From contig OZ316893.1 in assembly GCA_973895155.1 (NCBI GenBank), positions 13,718,359 to 13,782,358 of the forward strand: DNA of 64,000 nt. The letters are read 5' to 3'. This DNA is from Marsupella aquatica. Its lineage: Eukaryota > Plantae > Marchantiophyta. Shown here piece after piece: positions 12,072-25,600 of the stretch (its first letter is position 1; each line of letters starts with the position of its first letter). Below the pieces are notes generated by a model that was not told the origin of the DNA, did not search any database, and worked only from the letters and a program-made list of their open reading frames with translations. The translations under genes and the position numbers were made by a program.

Positions 12072-14689
12072 CCCTTTGTCTCTCTCAAAGAAGCGTAAGA
12101 CGAGAGAGCAAACGCTCTCAACACTTTTTGACTACGTCGTGGTTTCGTAACCTGCTGCTGAGTGATGAGGCCTGGTCTGGAAGGACCTTCCGACAACGAA
12201 CTCCCCACACTACACTGATCTGCTGCTGTGAATGCCTTCCATGCCTCACTTCTCTTACCCTGCCATTCGCCTCTTCCACGATCCTTGCCTGACTACCCTG
12301 CCATGGTCATCGTCGTAGTCACTTCAGCAGCACAAACGCCACATTTGTGATGATGGCCTGACTTTCCTCACGGAGAAGACTCTCGGCTCCTAACGACGTC
12401 GTTCTTCTTCGCTGCAATACATGACCGTGAGGATTTGAGAACCGTTCGACAATTTCCCTGCTGCTGCTGCTGCTTCGTTTGACCAGAAAGCAAACGCTTT
12501 CACTTAGACGAATGGAGAAACATGGAATGACAACAGCCAGAACCATACGATGATGATGATGATGATGACGACGGCGTTCAACAGGAGAGCGACGGCGAAC
12601 CATAGTCGAGGCCGCGCACGGACGCTCTATGTGTGGATGTCGTGCCTATCTGTCTCTCTCTCCCTCTACATAACCTACCATCGGCGGAAGATAGCCTCGT
12701 TCCGCCGTCGAGAACTAAAGAAAAGTTGTCTTAAGCTGCACTACTCTTCTTCTTCTTCCACGTGACGGCTCCGCCGTCATCATCGACTTGCAACATTTTT
12801 TTGAGACCGCCTCCCCTAACCCAACCAAAGTTCAAGCTGAATACATCTCCTTCGAGTTCCCAACAACCCGGTTGCCAGTTCGCCACGATGACTTCCCCTT
12901 CAGAGGTCGACACCACTTCTTATTTTAATCTAAAGCTTTAATTGTTGAACTCTCATAAGAAGTATGTCTTCGACTTCCTGGACAGAGTTTCATTCCTGCA
13001 ATGCTCAAACCAGCACGGTTCTTGCGGGGGACGGAATGGTGCAGAACAGCAGAGAGCTCCGACTACCACACTGCTAAACCAAAACGGGCCAGGTCGTCTG
13101 CTGCGAACGTTCCCAGGGCAGGCCGAACACAGTCGGACTGATTGACGAGGCCATTAGCAGCTTGGATGACCATTTCTCTAAAAGATTCCTAAGACACGTT
13201 TGTTTCATTGTACATAGCTCATTCAAAGAAGCCATTCCTTGCCATAAAAGCTATCCCGCCCGCAACACCACCACCATCAACACAAGCTCGGGAATCAGTG
13301 TCCAAAGTGCGCAACTCCCTTTACTGCCATTGTAAGGCTGATGAACAGTTTCTGCTCACTGTAGAGCAGTGTCTTGAGGAGCACACAACACACGCAACAA
13401 AAAACTGATACAAATCAGAAAAACTTCTCATTCCCACAAACGACGGGTCGGTTACGCCGAAGGACTAGGATTCAACTAGGACAAACTCCGTCGTCAATCC
13501 TTCTGCAGCTTCCTAGATGAGACTTGCTCCAACTCTCTCGCTCGCTCTCTTTCGGTGGGAAATCCAGACTTTCGCTCAACGCAGTGCAACACTCGAACAG
13601 CACAGCAAAAGCACCATCATTCATCCATCAGCACCGAAGAATCCTAGACCTAGATATGCTTGATCATACACCACACCTCGGCTCGGAAACTTACTACTAC
13701 AAAATCGCCACCTCCTCTGTCCATGTGACCGACATCGGCTCAAATCAATCAATCCAATTTCAACTCCGCCACGCACCTCGCCTCAACTCGTCGCACTCGA
13801 ATCTTCCACTACCACCACCTCATCGCCATCTCCCAGTGCGTTTCTAACGTACTACTAATGTACCTTTTGAGGCTCACCCGTTCGTCTGTCCTCCATTCCT
13901 TCCTCCCTCCCTCCCTCCAATGCTCCCCAAAACGCGGACGCGAATATGGAACCAACGACCAACCAAGCTTTCAACTCTCTCAGATGCACCAAAGCCACCA
14001 CCACGGCCCGAATCTATCACAGCAACTTCAGCACGAAGTCCGGAAGGCCCTTTCCTCCTCCTCGGCCACGGACACTTTCGAATCAATCACCTTCGTCAGC
14101 CCCGGACACTATCAATAATCGTATCGCCCAACCTCAGCGCACCGAATCTGTCTCTCGTCTGGAACAGAACCGAATGAAACCCACTCACTCACTACTGCAC
14201 TCCTCCTCGTCGGAGTGAACGAGAGATCCTGTCACTCACTGAGCTTTTGGGTTCGCAGCTCACTCTCGCACTCAACCAAACTTTTCCGCCCGCAAATCAC
14301 TCCTCTCACTCACTCACACTCAGCAGTGCACCCGATTGGATTCTTCCTCACGCAGTCTAGTTGAAGTAGTAGTCCCCAATAGAAAGACGATCTAGTCGTA
14401 CAAAGGGGAGCCAGATTCATTCACCCAGAGCGTTTCCTCGACCTCCCAAATCTCCTGTCTCCTGCACCAGCTCCCTCCCTCCCTTTGCTTCTCGTCTCGT
14501 CTCGTCTCGTCTCGTCTCTCCTGTGTCTGCTGCGCACTTTAGCGCTTCCGGCGCTGTCCGACGATGCGACGAAACTCCGCAAGTCTACTAGTCTCTCCCT
14601 TCTCTGCTGCGTTCTCTCCCACCTCTCCGGACCCAACAACGAAGAGCGACAGCCCGAACGAACACTACGGCAAAGCTCTCCATCCAATC

Positions 14690-14899
14690 GGGCAGCAGGG
14701 CAGGATTAGCGGGCAGCAGGGCAGGATTAGCGGGCAGCAGGGCAGGATTAGCGGGCAGCAGGGCAGGATTAGCGGGCAGCAGGGCAGGATTAGCGGGCAG
14801 CAGGGCAGGATTAGCGGGCAGCAGGGCAGGATTAGCGGGCAGCAGGGCAGGATTAGCGGGCAGCAGGGCAGGATTAGCGGGCAGCAGGGTCGGGCAGGT
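14690..14899. repeat. Perfect 21-bp minisatellite (gggcagcagggcaggattagc), 9 copies plus a partial copy, upstream of the SEUSS 5' region
   Basis: Read directly from the sequence. It generates the spurious repetitive ORFs (GQQGRIS)n, (LLPANPA)n and (PCCPLIL)n. Confidence 0.97.
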
Positions 14900-15074
14900 G
14901 ACTGTGGGCAGATATGATAAAATGTGGAACTGAATGCTGCTGCGTAGTAGGCGCAAGGGCAGCAGCTACAACGGACGCGTGGTATCGTAGTCAGCGTAGT
15001 TTTAAGGATATTTCCCTTTAGCAGAAAGCGGCGAGTGTCGCTTTGCTTTTTTGTTGACGGAGAAGATACTATAA

Positions 15075-18000
15075 GAATGTTCATTATCTTATTTCTGGAA
15101 ATTGAATTTTGATGGCGAATATCACTTGCCTTTTTGTTGAAGTGAAAGATGCTAAGAATGTTCATTGTTGGAAACTGATTTTTATCAAGTAGGATCTCCC
15201 TCAATTTAAGGTTGACCCTTGATTCGCTAATGGGGTTTGTGTTCATTATATTATTTCTGGAAATTGAATTTTTAATTTTATTTTCTTGAAACCCTAAACT
15301 TTTATTTGTGAGCCAAGTAAAACTCAGTAAAAAATGGGAGTGAAACGGCCGGACCACATGAGGTCAAGGACCAAGAGTCACCCAGAGCCAAGTCACATCC
15401 TGACCCGGGGCCAGGGATAAAAGAAGCTTCACAAGCAAAAAGTAAACAATGAGTCACTTACTCAGAACAAAAACTAACAAAAGAAACTGCAAATCTGAGG
15501 GCAAACTCAGCCTGGAAACAATCAGTGAGAGAACCAGCGGAAGCTAAGAACTGTACAACTGAGAACAAGGCAAGAATCCATGAGCATTAAACCATCATTC
15601 AAAATCGGAAGAGCATCCATTTTCCGAAGACAACCATTCCGAACTTCAAATGTCACCACCTGCACTCCCTGGATTTTCCTGCAGCTCCCAACTGCCTTAC
15701 ACCAAACTATTTGAAATCCAAAGTTCCCGCACCCGATTACCATCCATTATAGGAACTTGAGAAACCAAAACCTTCTTATCAATATCAGGGGACACCAAAG
15801 TAACACAAGGAAATATTGAATTGTCCACCACCACCTGCAGCGAACGTTCATATCTAACCGGAGCATTACCCCTAATCGATTCCCATCCTCGAGGCTCATC
15901 TGCATTCATAAAAATATCTTCCCAACATGAAAGACCTAGATTTCTCAGAAATCGATGAGGAACCGTATTGCAGCCAACCATCCTATAATCCACGTGATTA
16001 TTCAAAGGAGACCAAATAGGCTGTGCCAAAACCATACACAATTTTTTTGGCACCAAGAACTCTAAATGAACCTTTATTTTATTCCAAGAGCGGCAAGTGT
16101 TATACTCAACCTCAGGACCCTCCAACGGAAGAGAACGACACTTATTAAAAACCCACGCAAAATATTTTGATCCCCATTTATGTAACTATAAACCACAAAT
16201 TCTGTGTCTTAAGAGCAGTTGAAGGGGATGTGTACCACTCAGTAATGCAAAACTTAATGAACCTAGTAGCAAGAGCTGTAATCTGATCCTCAAAATATAT
16301 TAATCCAATCCCTCCTTCCAACTTGTGCAGCGACGAAATCCTAAAGTTGATTCGATGACTAGCCAAAATCCCGGGGTCCTCACTTCTTTTCTTCCAACCC
16401 ATCATGCGCGAATAAGTATAGGGTTTTTTATTGGGTTTAGTGAAATACTTTTTAATCTTTGTTGAAGAACATTAGGGTTATTTTAATCCAATTTTGACAA
16501 TTATAAGAATCATAGGGTTTTTAAAAATCAAATATGGGAATATTCTTGGAATATTTCATTAAGTTAGGGGTAAAAGAATTCCTAAAAAAAACTTTATTGA
16601 CTTAACTTTTAGGGTGTTTATTCCCCCAAAACTTCGAGCGTGATATGGGACACCCTTTGGATTGAGGCCCCCGAGGCCAAAATCTCTTGACCAGCCCATA
16701 AAAACTCTATGAAAACCATCTTTATTTTAAGTAACTGAGTATCAGAACCACTCCATAGAGTAAGGATATTCTACAGTGATCCCATCAATACAAGATTAAT
16801 AACTCACCCGCTCCTAAGGTGATGCTCCTGTCCACAGAATATATCAATACTTGGAATAGTTTCCGTGATGAAATGTCAAACCTCGGAGATACTGTCTACC
16901 CCCACATAAGCCTTGCACATAGTGGGAAACAATGTGTAACTTCATGTGGACAAACTAGAAAGCAAGAATTTATTCCCTCAAAAGGACTCCACAACCTGAA
17001 CCTTACCCCCGATACCAGGAACTTTAAACAAATCACATTGTAGCTTATTTGGAGAAGCAATTCCAGATCCTTGAATCACACCCCCTCCACATGTTTTTCT
17101 AGGAGACTTTGTGAATTCCAGACTGATTTAGGAGACCTCAGCAAAATAACTTGATTCTCAACCTGCCGAGAGTCTGACAGGAGGAACTTCAAATCCCAAG
17201 TCGACTCTCGATGCAACTCTGCAACACCTGTAACTCTAATAACTTAAGATGATTCAGAAAGCTCGCCTAGTTATGAATATCATTACCCAATGGGGATTCC
17301 GAGCTACAGAGAGATGGGGGCTCCACGCACACTTTTGGCCATGATATATTAAGCAATGGTGAAATCAAATGCTCTTTTCCAGCAACCCGTTTATTACTCA
17401 ATTTCTCCCCAATAGCCAACAAAATTCTTTGCTTATTGATCTTCACCTCCTGCAATACCTGCCACTTACGTGCAACCACTTCTTGTTCTCTTTTGTATGC
17501 TCTTTGCATATGCTCCTCCTCCTCCTCCTCCTCCTCCTCTGCCGGATAGAAAGAAGTATTACCTTGCAAAATGATACTTGGAACACCTGAGGGATCACCC
17601 GAAAGCATCTGATTATGCAAATCTATCCCTAAATTATCTTTCCTCCCTGAATGAGTAGCCTCCAATTCTTCAACTGGGGACGCACAGTTCTTTTTGAATA
17701 CCACCTTTTCCTTTTGTACCAACCAAGCCTTTTTCCGTATGATGTAGTTCAGTTCAAGCCTATGTGCTTGTGAGATGGCAAGTTTAGTACAATCTCCGGG
17801 TCTAGCGAACTAGAGGGATGATTTGAAAGTAAAATTCCGCTCTTGCTGACGACTTCCTGAGTGAATACGAGTTTGTCATTTCCTTTCTACTTTTAGAATT
17901 AGAAAATCCCTGCCTAAAAAGACCTTCCCCAGCTTCCTTCTCTCTGATACTTCCCCGATCACCCAACCTAGGAGCACCCTTCCGTGATGGAAAGATTTAA

Positions 18001-19612
18001 CCTGATTCTACCTTGAAAACACCTATCCGCCAAGTGAGTTGGTGAAAAGCAATTTAGACAACGAGGTTGCTTATCTATAATCTCAATGGAGATCACCTTG
18101 ACCATCTAGTACTGATCAGAAAATGGATCGTAGGTTGACGGAGAATTGTGTCCATTATCACAATAATCCGATGCTTGTCCAGTCCTGGACAGAGAAATCT
18201 GTGAACCACCTTAATTTCGCAATCTTCTGAAGCAAGGTGTCTAATGCAAAAACAACCAATAGATTAGCCTTTCCAATCTGAAGGGTAACCAATTGTTTTA
18301 ATGCACTTGGATTCTCAGGATCAAAATCCGGGAAGTATTCGTTAACTGCCACCAGCCTATCTTCAATTAGGAGAGCCTTTCCATTCAGGTTTGCCAGACT
18401 AGCCCGCTCCTCCTTATGCTCAGCCAGGATCAGTGGAGAGGACAATTACAGAGTCTTTACTGTATGAGTCAAATTCTCACGCACCACCAAAACAGGGAAT
18501 AGAGCATTTGCAAGAGGTTCAAAGATCTCAAACCTATGGAAGTGTTGTTGATTATAAAGTTTTAACTACACCTCTGCTTGCTTGATGGTAATTACTCCTT
18601 TGAAACACAGGACAATTTTATCCTGATAAAATTCCCTTGCAGCATCTCAATAAACCCAGGAGGTAAGGAGGCACTAATAAAAAAAGGTAAATCAGAAACT
18701 ACCGCTGCGTGTACTACAGATCACTCACCCCTGTTCACCAACTCCAAAGAAGGACCACCACTTCTATCCTCCTTCCACTGTCCCTCATAAAAATTATCCC
18801 TATTCCACTCTTTAGAATTATAATTGCTAGACTGCCTCTGCGACCCAAAACGCTTTTGTTCCTCCAATTCTCGTGATCTAGGACCTCTACAATCCATTGT
18901 TCAACCTATCACTCAGCTTCAGCAATGAGGAACAGACCTTATATTCCGAACGCATGCCCACAATGTACTAGGCCTCCAGCACCCCAAACAAGAGCCAGGA
19001 CACCTCCAAAATAAATTTACTTCTTATGAAAACTCCACCCAAACCTTGCCTCAAGAAAAAAGAACCAAATTCTCCAGAACAACCGCCTTCACCAGTCAAA
19101 TGAACACCACCTCAACGACAAGGCACACCCTGATCGAGAGAATAAGAAATAGGAACACTTCCTCCACCTCGCACAGAATTAAAGAAGACTGTCAGGGAGA
19201 GCCAAAAACCACCACAATGAATCAACGCTCGCAAGAATGACGAAAGAAACTCTTCCCAAATGGTAACAATCCACCTTCACCAGCCCCGCCAAATTCAAAA
19301 ATTCAAAAATTTGAAAGGTGACACCCTATAACCACACTTAACGAACCACTCCTGCAATAAACAACACACAAAATACACTATTCCTGAAAACAGGCCAAAA
19401 AACTACAACCGCCCAGCTCCGGCCCTGTGTTTTTAATAACACACCACCTTCCTCCTCAAAGTCTTCTTGGGATTAAATTTTGATGGTGAATATCACTTGC
19501 CTTTTGTTGAAGGGAAAGATGCTAAGAATATTCATTGTTGGAAATTTATTTTTATCAAGTAGATCTCCCTCAGCTTAGGGTTGACCCTGGATTCCCTAAT
19601 GGTGTTTGTGGT
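15075..19612. repeat. ~165-bp AT-rich repeat in two copies, the second interrupted by the LINE (15075-15270 and 19470-19612)
   Basis: ttttgatggcgaatatcacttgcctttttgttgaag...gttgacccttgattcgctaatgg at ~15107-15240 recurs at ~19478-19610. Confidence 0.8.
15268..19465 (-). mobile_element. Degenerate, internally deleted L1-type LINE
   Basis: Minus-strand remnants include HKLEGGIGLIYFEDQITALA (16178-16405, post-RT GGLG motif), endonuclease-like DIFCGQEHHL (~16830) and ORF1-like pieces (17267-18445). The 3' UTR (15270-15390, reverse complement) is homologous to the LINE 3' UTR at 1115-1230. Degenerate poly(A) near 15268-15285, with a similar motif (ggaaattgaatttt/gggattaaatttt) on both flanks as a possible target-site duplication. 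Confidence 0.75.
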
Positions 19613-22600
19613 TAGTAGAGAAAGAGACTAATACAACACAAGCAAACCTACCCACACTATCCAGTGGTGGAATCTAACTAGTGTAAGTTTCGTGCCGCAG
19701 AGGATCTTCACTAAACGTTAATTATTTCTTACTCCTCAGAATAACTTAACATTCTTGACCATTATTTTCCCATATTAGTTTTTTAAGTTTGAAAATAAAG
19801 TCGAAACTGAAAAGTCAGTGTTTACATAGAATGTGATTAAATAAAAGTTAAATTTATTCTAAAATATTGTGTCAATCATGCCCATAAATTAATTCATTTA
19901 TCGTACTAACGTGGATGACCATACGGTAGTCACTCTCGGCTGAGCTGGACGACAGCCCGGGCCGGGCTGGGTAGGATAGCGGGCAAGCCATGGAATGCCG
20001 TGGAGGGGAGTGCTGCTGAATGGCGTGTAAGGCTGCGACCGGGCACCTGAGTGGGCAGCATGCGTGCCACGGCCTAGAGGGACGGGAAGCGGGCAGCCGA
20101 AGGAGTTTTTGCTTCCCCTCTCTACGCGGCACATTGACGCAGCTGAGGGGCAGTTCGTTCGCAAGTTCTCCGGCTACGCATTAGGAGGAACGAACCCGGA
20201 GTCAAACCGGAAGACTGCAATGGGAGTGGGCCACGTGCGCCATCCCTTCGGATGTTGGCATTCGGACCTCTGGATCCCATGCGGATCCGCCGGATGGACC
20301 TGCCGAATACTTAGCTGCGGCCCGAAAACCGGTGACCACCTGACCGAGATGCAAGTCTAGGAGCAAACCAATTAGGGCCTGTTTAGTAATCATTTTTCAT
20401 CTTGTCCATTATTATTTTTATTTTATCGAAAGCCGGTTGGCACCGGTCCCGAACTTACCGTGAGGCCAGGGAAATACTCTACGGGCTGCCCTGCTGCCCG
20501 CGTTCCCGCAGACCGTGTTTGCCTGCTGCCACCTGCCCTTGCTTAGGCCGGTCACGGGTAGGTAATAACAAACGCACCTCCGGTCTCCACAAATAAGTTC
20601 GTCATCGGCTCTCTAATTGACCAAAGTCGCTCTATCAGTGTTTATCGAATCTTTGGCTTTATACAGACTTCTCTGGCTCTCCACTTGCTGTTTCGTCCCC
20701 AACTTGCGGGCAGCAAACCGTACCGCAACCTGATGTACTCCCCGGCTGATTTAGAAAAAGTCGAGAAATCTGTAGTTTAATAGAAAGAAAAGCCCCCATG
20801 ACACAATTTTCGTTCAAAAAATTCCCATCTGCTAAACTGAAAACCGTAGGGTGACAAAAACAGGATCAAAATACTCTGCAATCCTAGAGTTATTTAATAG
20901 ATATTTTTGTCAGGGTTTTATGAGTCCACTTGGGCATCTTATCAAACCTTGATGTCCATCAGGGCTTTTCTGCCAGGTTAATGCCAACTTTTCTTCTTCT
21001 TCTATTTGTTAGTTTGATCATTTGAAATTGATGCTCAGATGGATCGCAAGTTTTGCTTCCAAAGTCGATGGGTAAACACTTTCTGAGAAACCCAATCTAG
21101 AGACACTAATGCAAACAAAAGGTATTACCTGAGTAAAAAGTGACACTCAGAGTGGTCTATGCACGTTGTCAAAGTCCACTGGAGTATTTTGACTACGAGA
21201 CTGTCTAGTCCATGTAAGCTTTAGTTTCTTGATATTTTGGGAATCTTCTAACCTCAAAAATTGGCTGGAACTTTCTTGGATGTTCTAGTTTTGAACCTTT
21301 AGCAAGAGTACCATACCTCCTTCAGGTGATTATGTTTACCCCAGTAAACTGGTGGATTAACTCTAATGACTGTATTGATGATAAAGGATACTTAGAACAT
21401 ATTTTTCTTTGTTAGGTATAAGAAAGGTGTCTGGTCCATTAGGAGTTTTTATAGCTATGGTTTTGTATCTTTACCTTTTGTTGTACATACTATACAGCTT
21501 ATTCCAGCAATAAGATATGGAGGATTCATTGATTGTAAAACCATAACTTCACTTGGATGATTCACTAGTAACAAGGGATTTTTTTTATCTCGACGAACAA
21601 ATAGATTATGAAAATGATGCTTGCATATCCACTATGCTTGTCCAACACAACCCGGCTGAATCACCTAGGCAACATTGTATCCCTGAAAAATTAGTGGGTA
21701 CCTAGCTGCCATGGAACCTAGCTCTTGCCATTGGGCATGGGAATGGAAGACCCCAACTAGCCAGCATCTTCCTTGAAACCATAAAGGAGAGCTCAAGTTC
21801 ATGGGGAGGGCTCTGCAGGCCCAGGGGTCAACAGTACTGTTCACCTGACTCTGACCTTGACAGAGAATGATATTGAGCTTGTGAGTGTCACAATATCTTT
21901 AGTCATCAGTCTTCAATTTCAAGTAGTAATTAGTCGCTCCCATCAATGGTTTGCATCTGGCACCTTTCTACTAAGCAAGACCATAGAGATAACATAATAG
22001 GGTTGCCAAGGTGAAAAAGTGATTAAGCAAAGTTAGACAAGTGGATTTTCCTTACAACTCTCACTTGGCAAGGCTATGGCTTGACCAAGTGTCTCTGCAA
22101 GGTCAGCCCAAAAACATTTCAACTCGGGAAGGCTGTCAAGTGAAAAAGGGACTCAGCAAGGTCAGCCAAGTGAGAAATTTCCAGCTTGTGGAGGCCATTG
22201 AGAGAGAAAAATAATCCAACCACTGAAATGATGTTTGAGTGTCACAGAGTCACTGAGCTTGGCTCTCATTGAAACATGGGTCACTAATATTTAGGGTTCT
22301 TAATGTCTTTTGATTTGTTGACTTTTGTGCTAAGACTCCTTCTGGCTAGCAAGTTTAGGGTTAGCATGAATTTTCTTTATCTCTCAAATGACACAGTAAC
22401 AATGAGACTAAGTTCCCCGCACAAGCTTATTCTTGCTTGTGTATATAGCAAGCAGCATGGTTAGCCCAACCAAGTATTTCCTATATTTAATCTAATTATG
22501 GTCATAATAGTTATTTTAAATCATGTATTCATGTTTTTTTTTCTCTCATACTAGGAATTCATTCCCTTGTACTAGAATTCTCTTTTCCATTTCTCACCCA

Positions 22601-25600
22601 TTACAATTATCCTAACAAAATTATGTCCAACCATTTTGACAAATGTAAAAATCTTCCAATTATATATTAATAATTTGTTCTAACAGAAGTAATTTGGTTG
22701 AATAAAACACATGCAATAATTATTATATGTGTTTTGTTCACCAAACACTCAAGTGGGGTACAACTGGTAGATATTTCCTCGAATTTCCCTGTAATGCATA
22801 CTTATTCCTCCGTTAGTATTAGCACCAAAACACCCGTCTGTAAAGTGATAAGTGTGGTTGATGGCCTAATGATTGGTGGACTTCAGCATTTAATTACTAC
22901 TACGAAACATTCCTTTTTGACGGATAAATTAGTTTAAGGAAAGCTTATACGTTTTGTACTTTCTATACAATATAATTGGCAGAACTTGCCAGAATTTTGA
23001 TTTCCAGTTATTCTAATAATTTTTGTTTTCATTCCCATTCGAATATTCACACGGAAACTATTAAAAGCTCATCAAATTAGACGAGGTTGGACCACTTTTT
23101 GCGAAAATGTTATTCACATCGATTACAATGTGTAACCATGCCACTCATGTGCACTTTATCAGAAGTCTATGAATATTCATAGAATACAACTTAGAGATAC
23201 AATGGAGATATTTAAATCAAGTTCGTATTTCAGAAAACCACACTAAGCAAGCCTCCTAGGTTGTGTCTGACTTGTTTTTTTGGTTTTCTGTCATAATATT
23301 GACTGTGTTTTCCACTCTTCTAGGCAATGAAGCACTTGCACAGATTCTGACCTTGGGCAGGGTTTCCTTCGCACCTCCCCCCTACACCCAAAAAAAAAGG
23401 AAGAAGCAATAAAACAAACTGTAGGTATGGAATGATCACCCATGGTTTTCTCGAAAGTGCTTTGAAATTTTCATTATATCGAATATAAGAAACATAACAG
23501 GCAACATTCCTAAGTTGTTTCGAATGAGAATACCAGTGCGAAGCAAAGTATGCAAATTCATTTATGCTAAACCAAGTGGGGTTTCATTAATTAAATGTTT
23601 ATTCATGCTAATAGATGAAGTACCCCAAGGAGTAAGGGCAAACAATCAGACACCAGGAGGCAGTGAGATCATCTCACTCAGACACTCTATGGAGTGCTTT
23701 ACAAAGCATAAAATATATCTAGATTTTGTGATATGTACCTGTGTAGCTAATTTAGGGTTTGAACCTGCTCCTTGGATTTTGATGTCTGCAAATCTCTAAT
23801 GTCATCATTCTTGTAGTCAAATTTATGTTTATGTGTACTGTCAATTTGGGAAACCAAAGACCAGATGGACTGAGACAGCATCCCTGGCCGCCCACATGGA
23901 CTTCATAAAATTATCAGCCAGTTTACATTGGGGAGAAAAAGTGCCCGAATGCTTTTGGGAAGGATGTTTATGGACCCTCATGGGAAGTGCCGTCCATACT
24001 CCCTGGCATAACGTGCGGCGTGTAACTGTTTCAATTACAAAACAGGAACACTATGTTTGTGATAACAAATGAACACAACCGTTTGTGTTTACCAAGATGC
24101 TAAACTGTTTGTGCTTGAGGCGGGACTAGACCTTGGTACATTGTCATCCTTGGTACATTAAACAGTTACTCTGTGACAAAGAGGCAAAGAAACAATCCCA
24201 AAGTTGTAATTGTAGAACAATTACTTATGTTCAGGTCAGATATAAATTGGTATTGTTTCAGATAAGCCGAGTGGGAGGATGAATGAGAATTGTCTAGTTA
24301 CTAAGAGTTATTCAAGAATCCAATTTGCTCAATACTCGTACTTAAGTGGTATTCGCTCCCTCACAAGAATTAAGGTATACATCAGGAGCGGGTCTACAAA
24401 CTAATTCACTTTTGTGAAGGACGTGCGACTACTTTTTCAGGCGCCCCAACCAGCTGGAAAATATCAAAAACATTGCACAAGAATTGTCCGAGATTTTATT
24501 GGCTGAACTTTATTCAGATGTTGGCTGAAGTTAGTTCAATTAAACTGATGGGGCCCCCAAATGGTATTTTAAATCATATTGTTCACCCCATTGTAACCAC
24601 TTTAGTGTTTACTCAAACCCGTATTGTTCACCCTATTGTAACTACTGTAGGTTTGTGTTTGGTCACTGGCCAATTTGATAGTAGCTACGATCGTGGCAGC
24701 TGTAATTTAAGCAATCCCTGTGTAAGGACACCTCCGTCCATAGGAGTTGCACTTATCCAAAGGGTCACCGTATAGTTATTCTCCCTGAACAATTCATATA
24801 AAATGTATACCGTACCCCATAGCTGCGGTACGGTAAGTTGTGGACAGTTAGCGCGGCATCTGGAAACGGAGGCGCAATCGACGGCCACGGTGCCTCCTCT
24901 AGTGCGAATGCACCAATGCAGCCGTCCATTCATTCCCTCTAAATTTGGAAAGTCCTTTCCAAAACCTGGACCAGTTACATACTGCCGTACACGGTGAAAC
25001 TCTGGAAAATACCGGAGCGACAGCATCAAGTTCGCCGTAATTTCTCGCTGCCACCATCTCATTGGCCAATCTGCGATGTCAAGTGTCAACGGTCAACCTT
25101 GGCACGGGCGACGGCTCAGATCTACCGTCTTCGTCATACATAATTGGTAGAATTAAGAAATGATCATTCGTATTAGCGGTACTTTTGGAAGGAGGTCAGA
25201 AGCAACCGGCTCAGTTCCAAACAAGACTATGAGACCATCTGAACCAACATTCTCAGTGCCAAACCGGCGAAGCCTTGTTTGTGAACTCGGGAACAGGTTT
25301 TCTGACTTAAGTACGTTAATATTCGTACGGAATAGTACTATACAGGTATATTTGGGGATACGTGATGGGAGTACGGGTAACTTTACGACGGTCATGATTG
25401 AAGCGTAGGATTTGAGTCATGTGCAAGCGCAGAGTTTCGTTTGCACAGTACAGGAGCTTATCGAGTTTGTTTTCGGTTTAATATCCACCGTCCTGATTTG
25501 AGATCGACGCTCCCTAGTAAGAGTTTATTTAAATTCACGGTTTGTCGTGATGCCCGGATTCTAATGGACGGGCAGGTTAGTACCGTCGAAATAAGTTACT

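Noticed and set aside
14690-14899. CRISPR-like array
   Set aside because: The units are head-to-tail with no unique spacers, there are no cas genes, and the context is eukaryotic. The same applies to 40958-41235 and 58780-59350.
14564-15357. ORFs with (GQQGRIS)n, (LLPANPA)n and (PCCPLIL)n repeats
   Set aside because: Artefacts of a stop-free 21-bp minisatellite; no gene structure.
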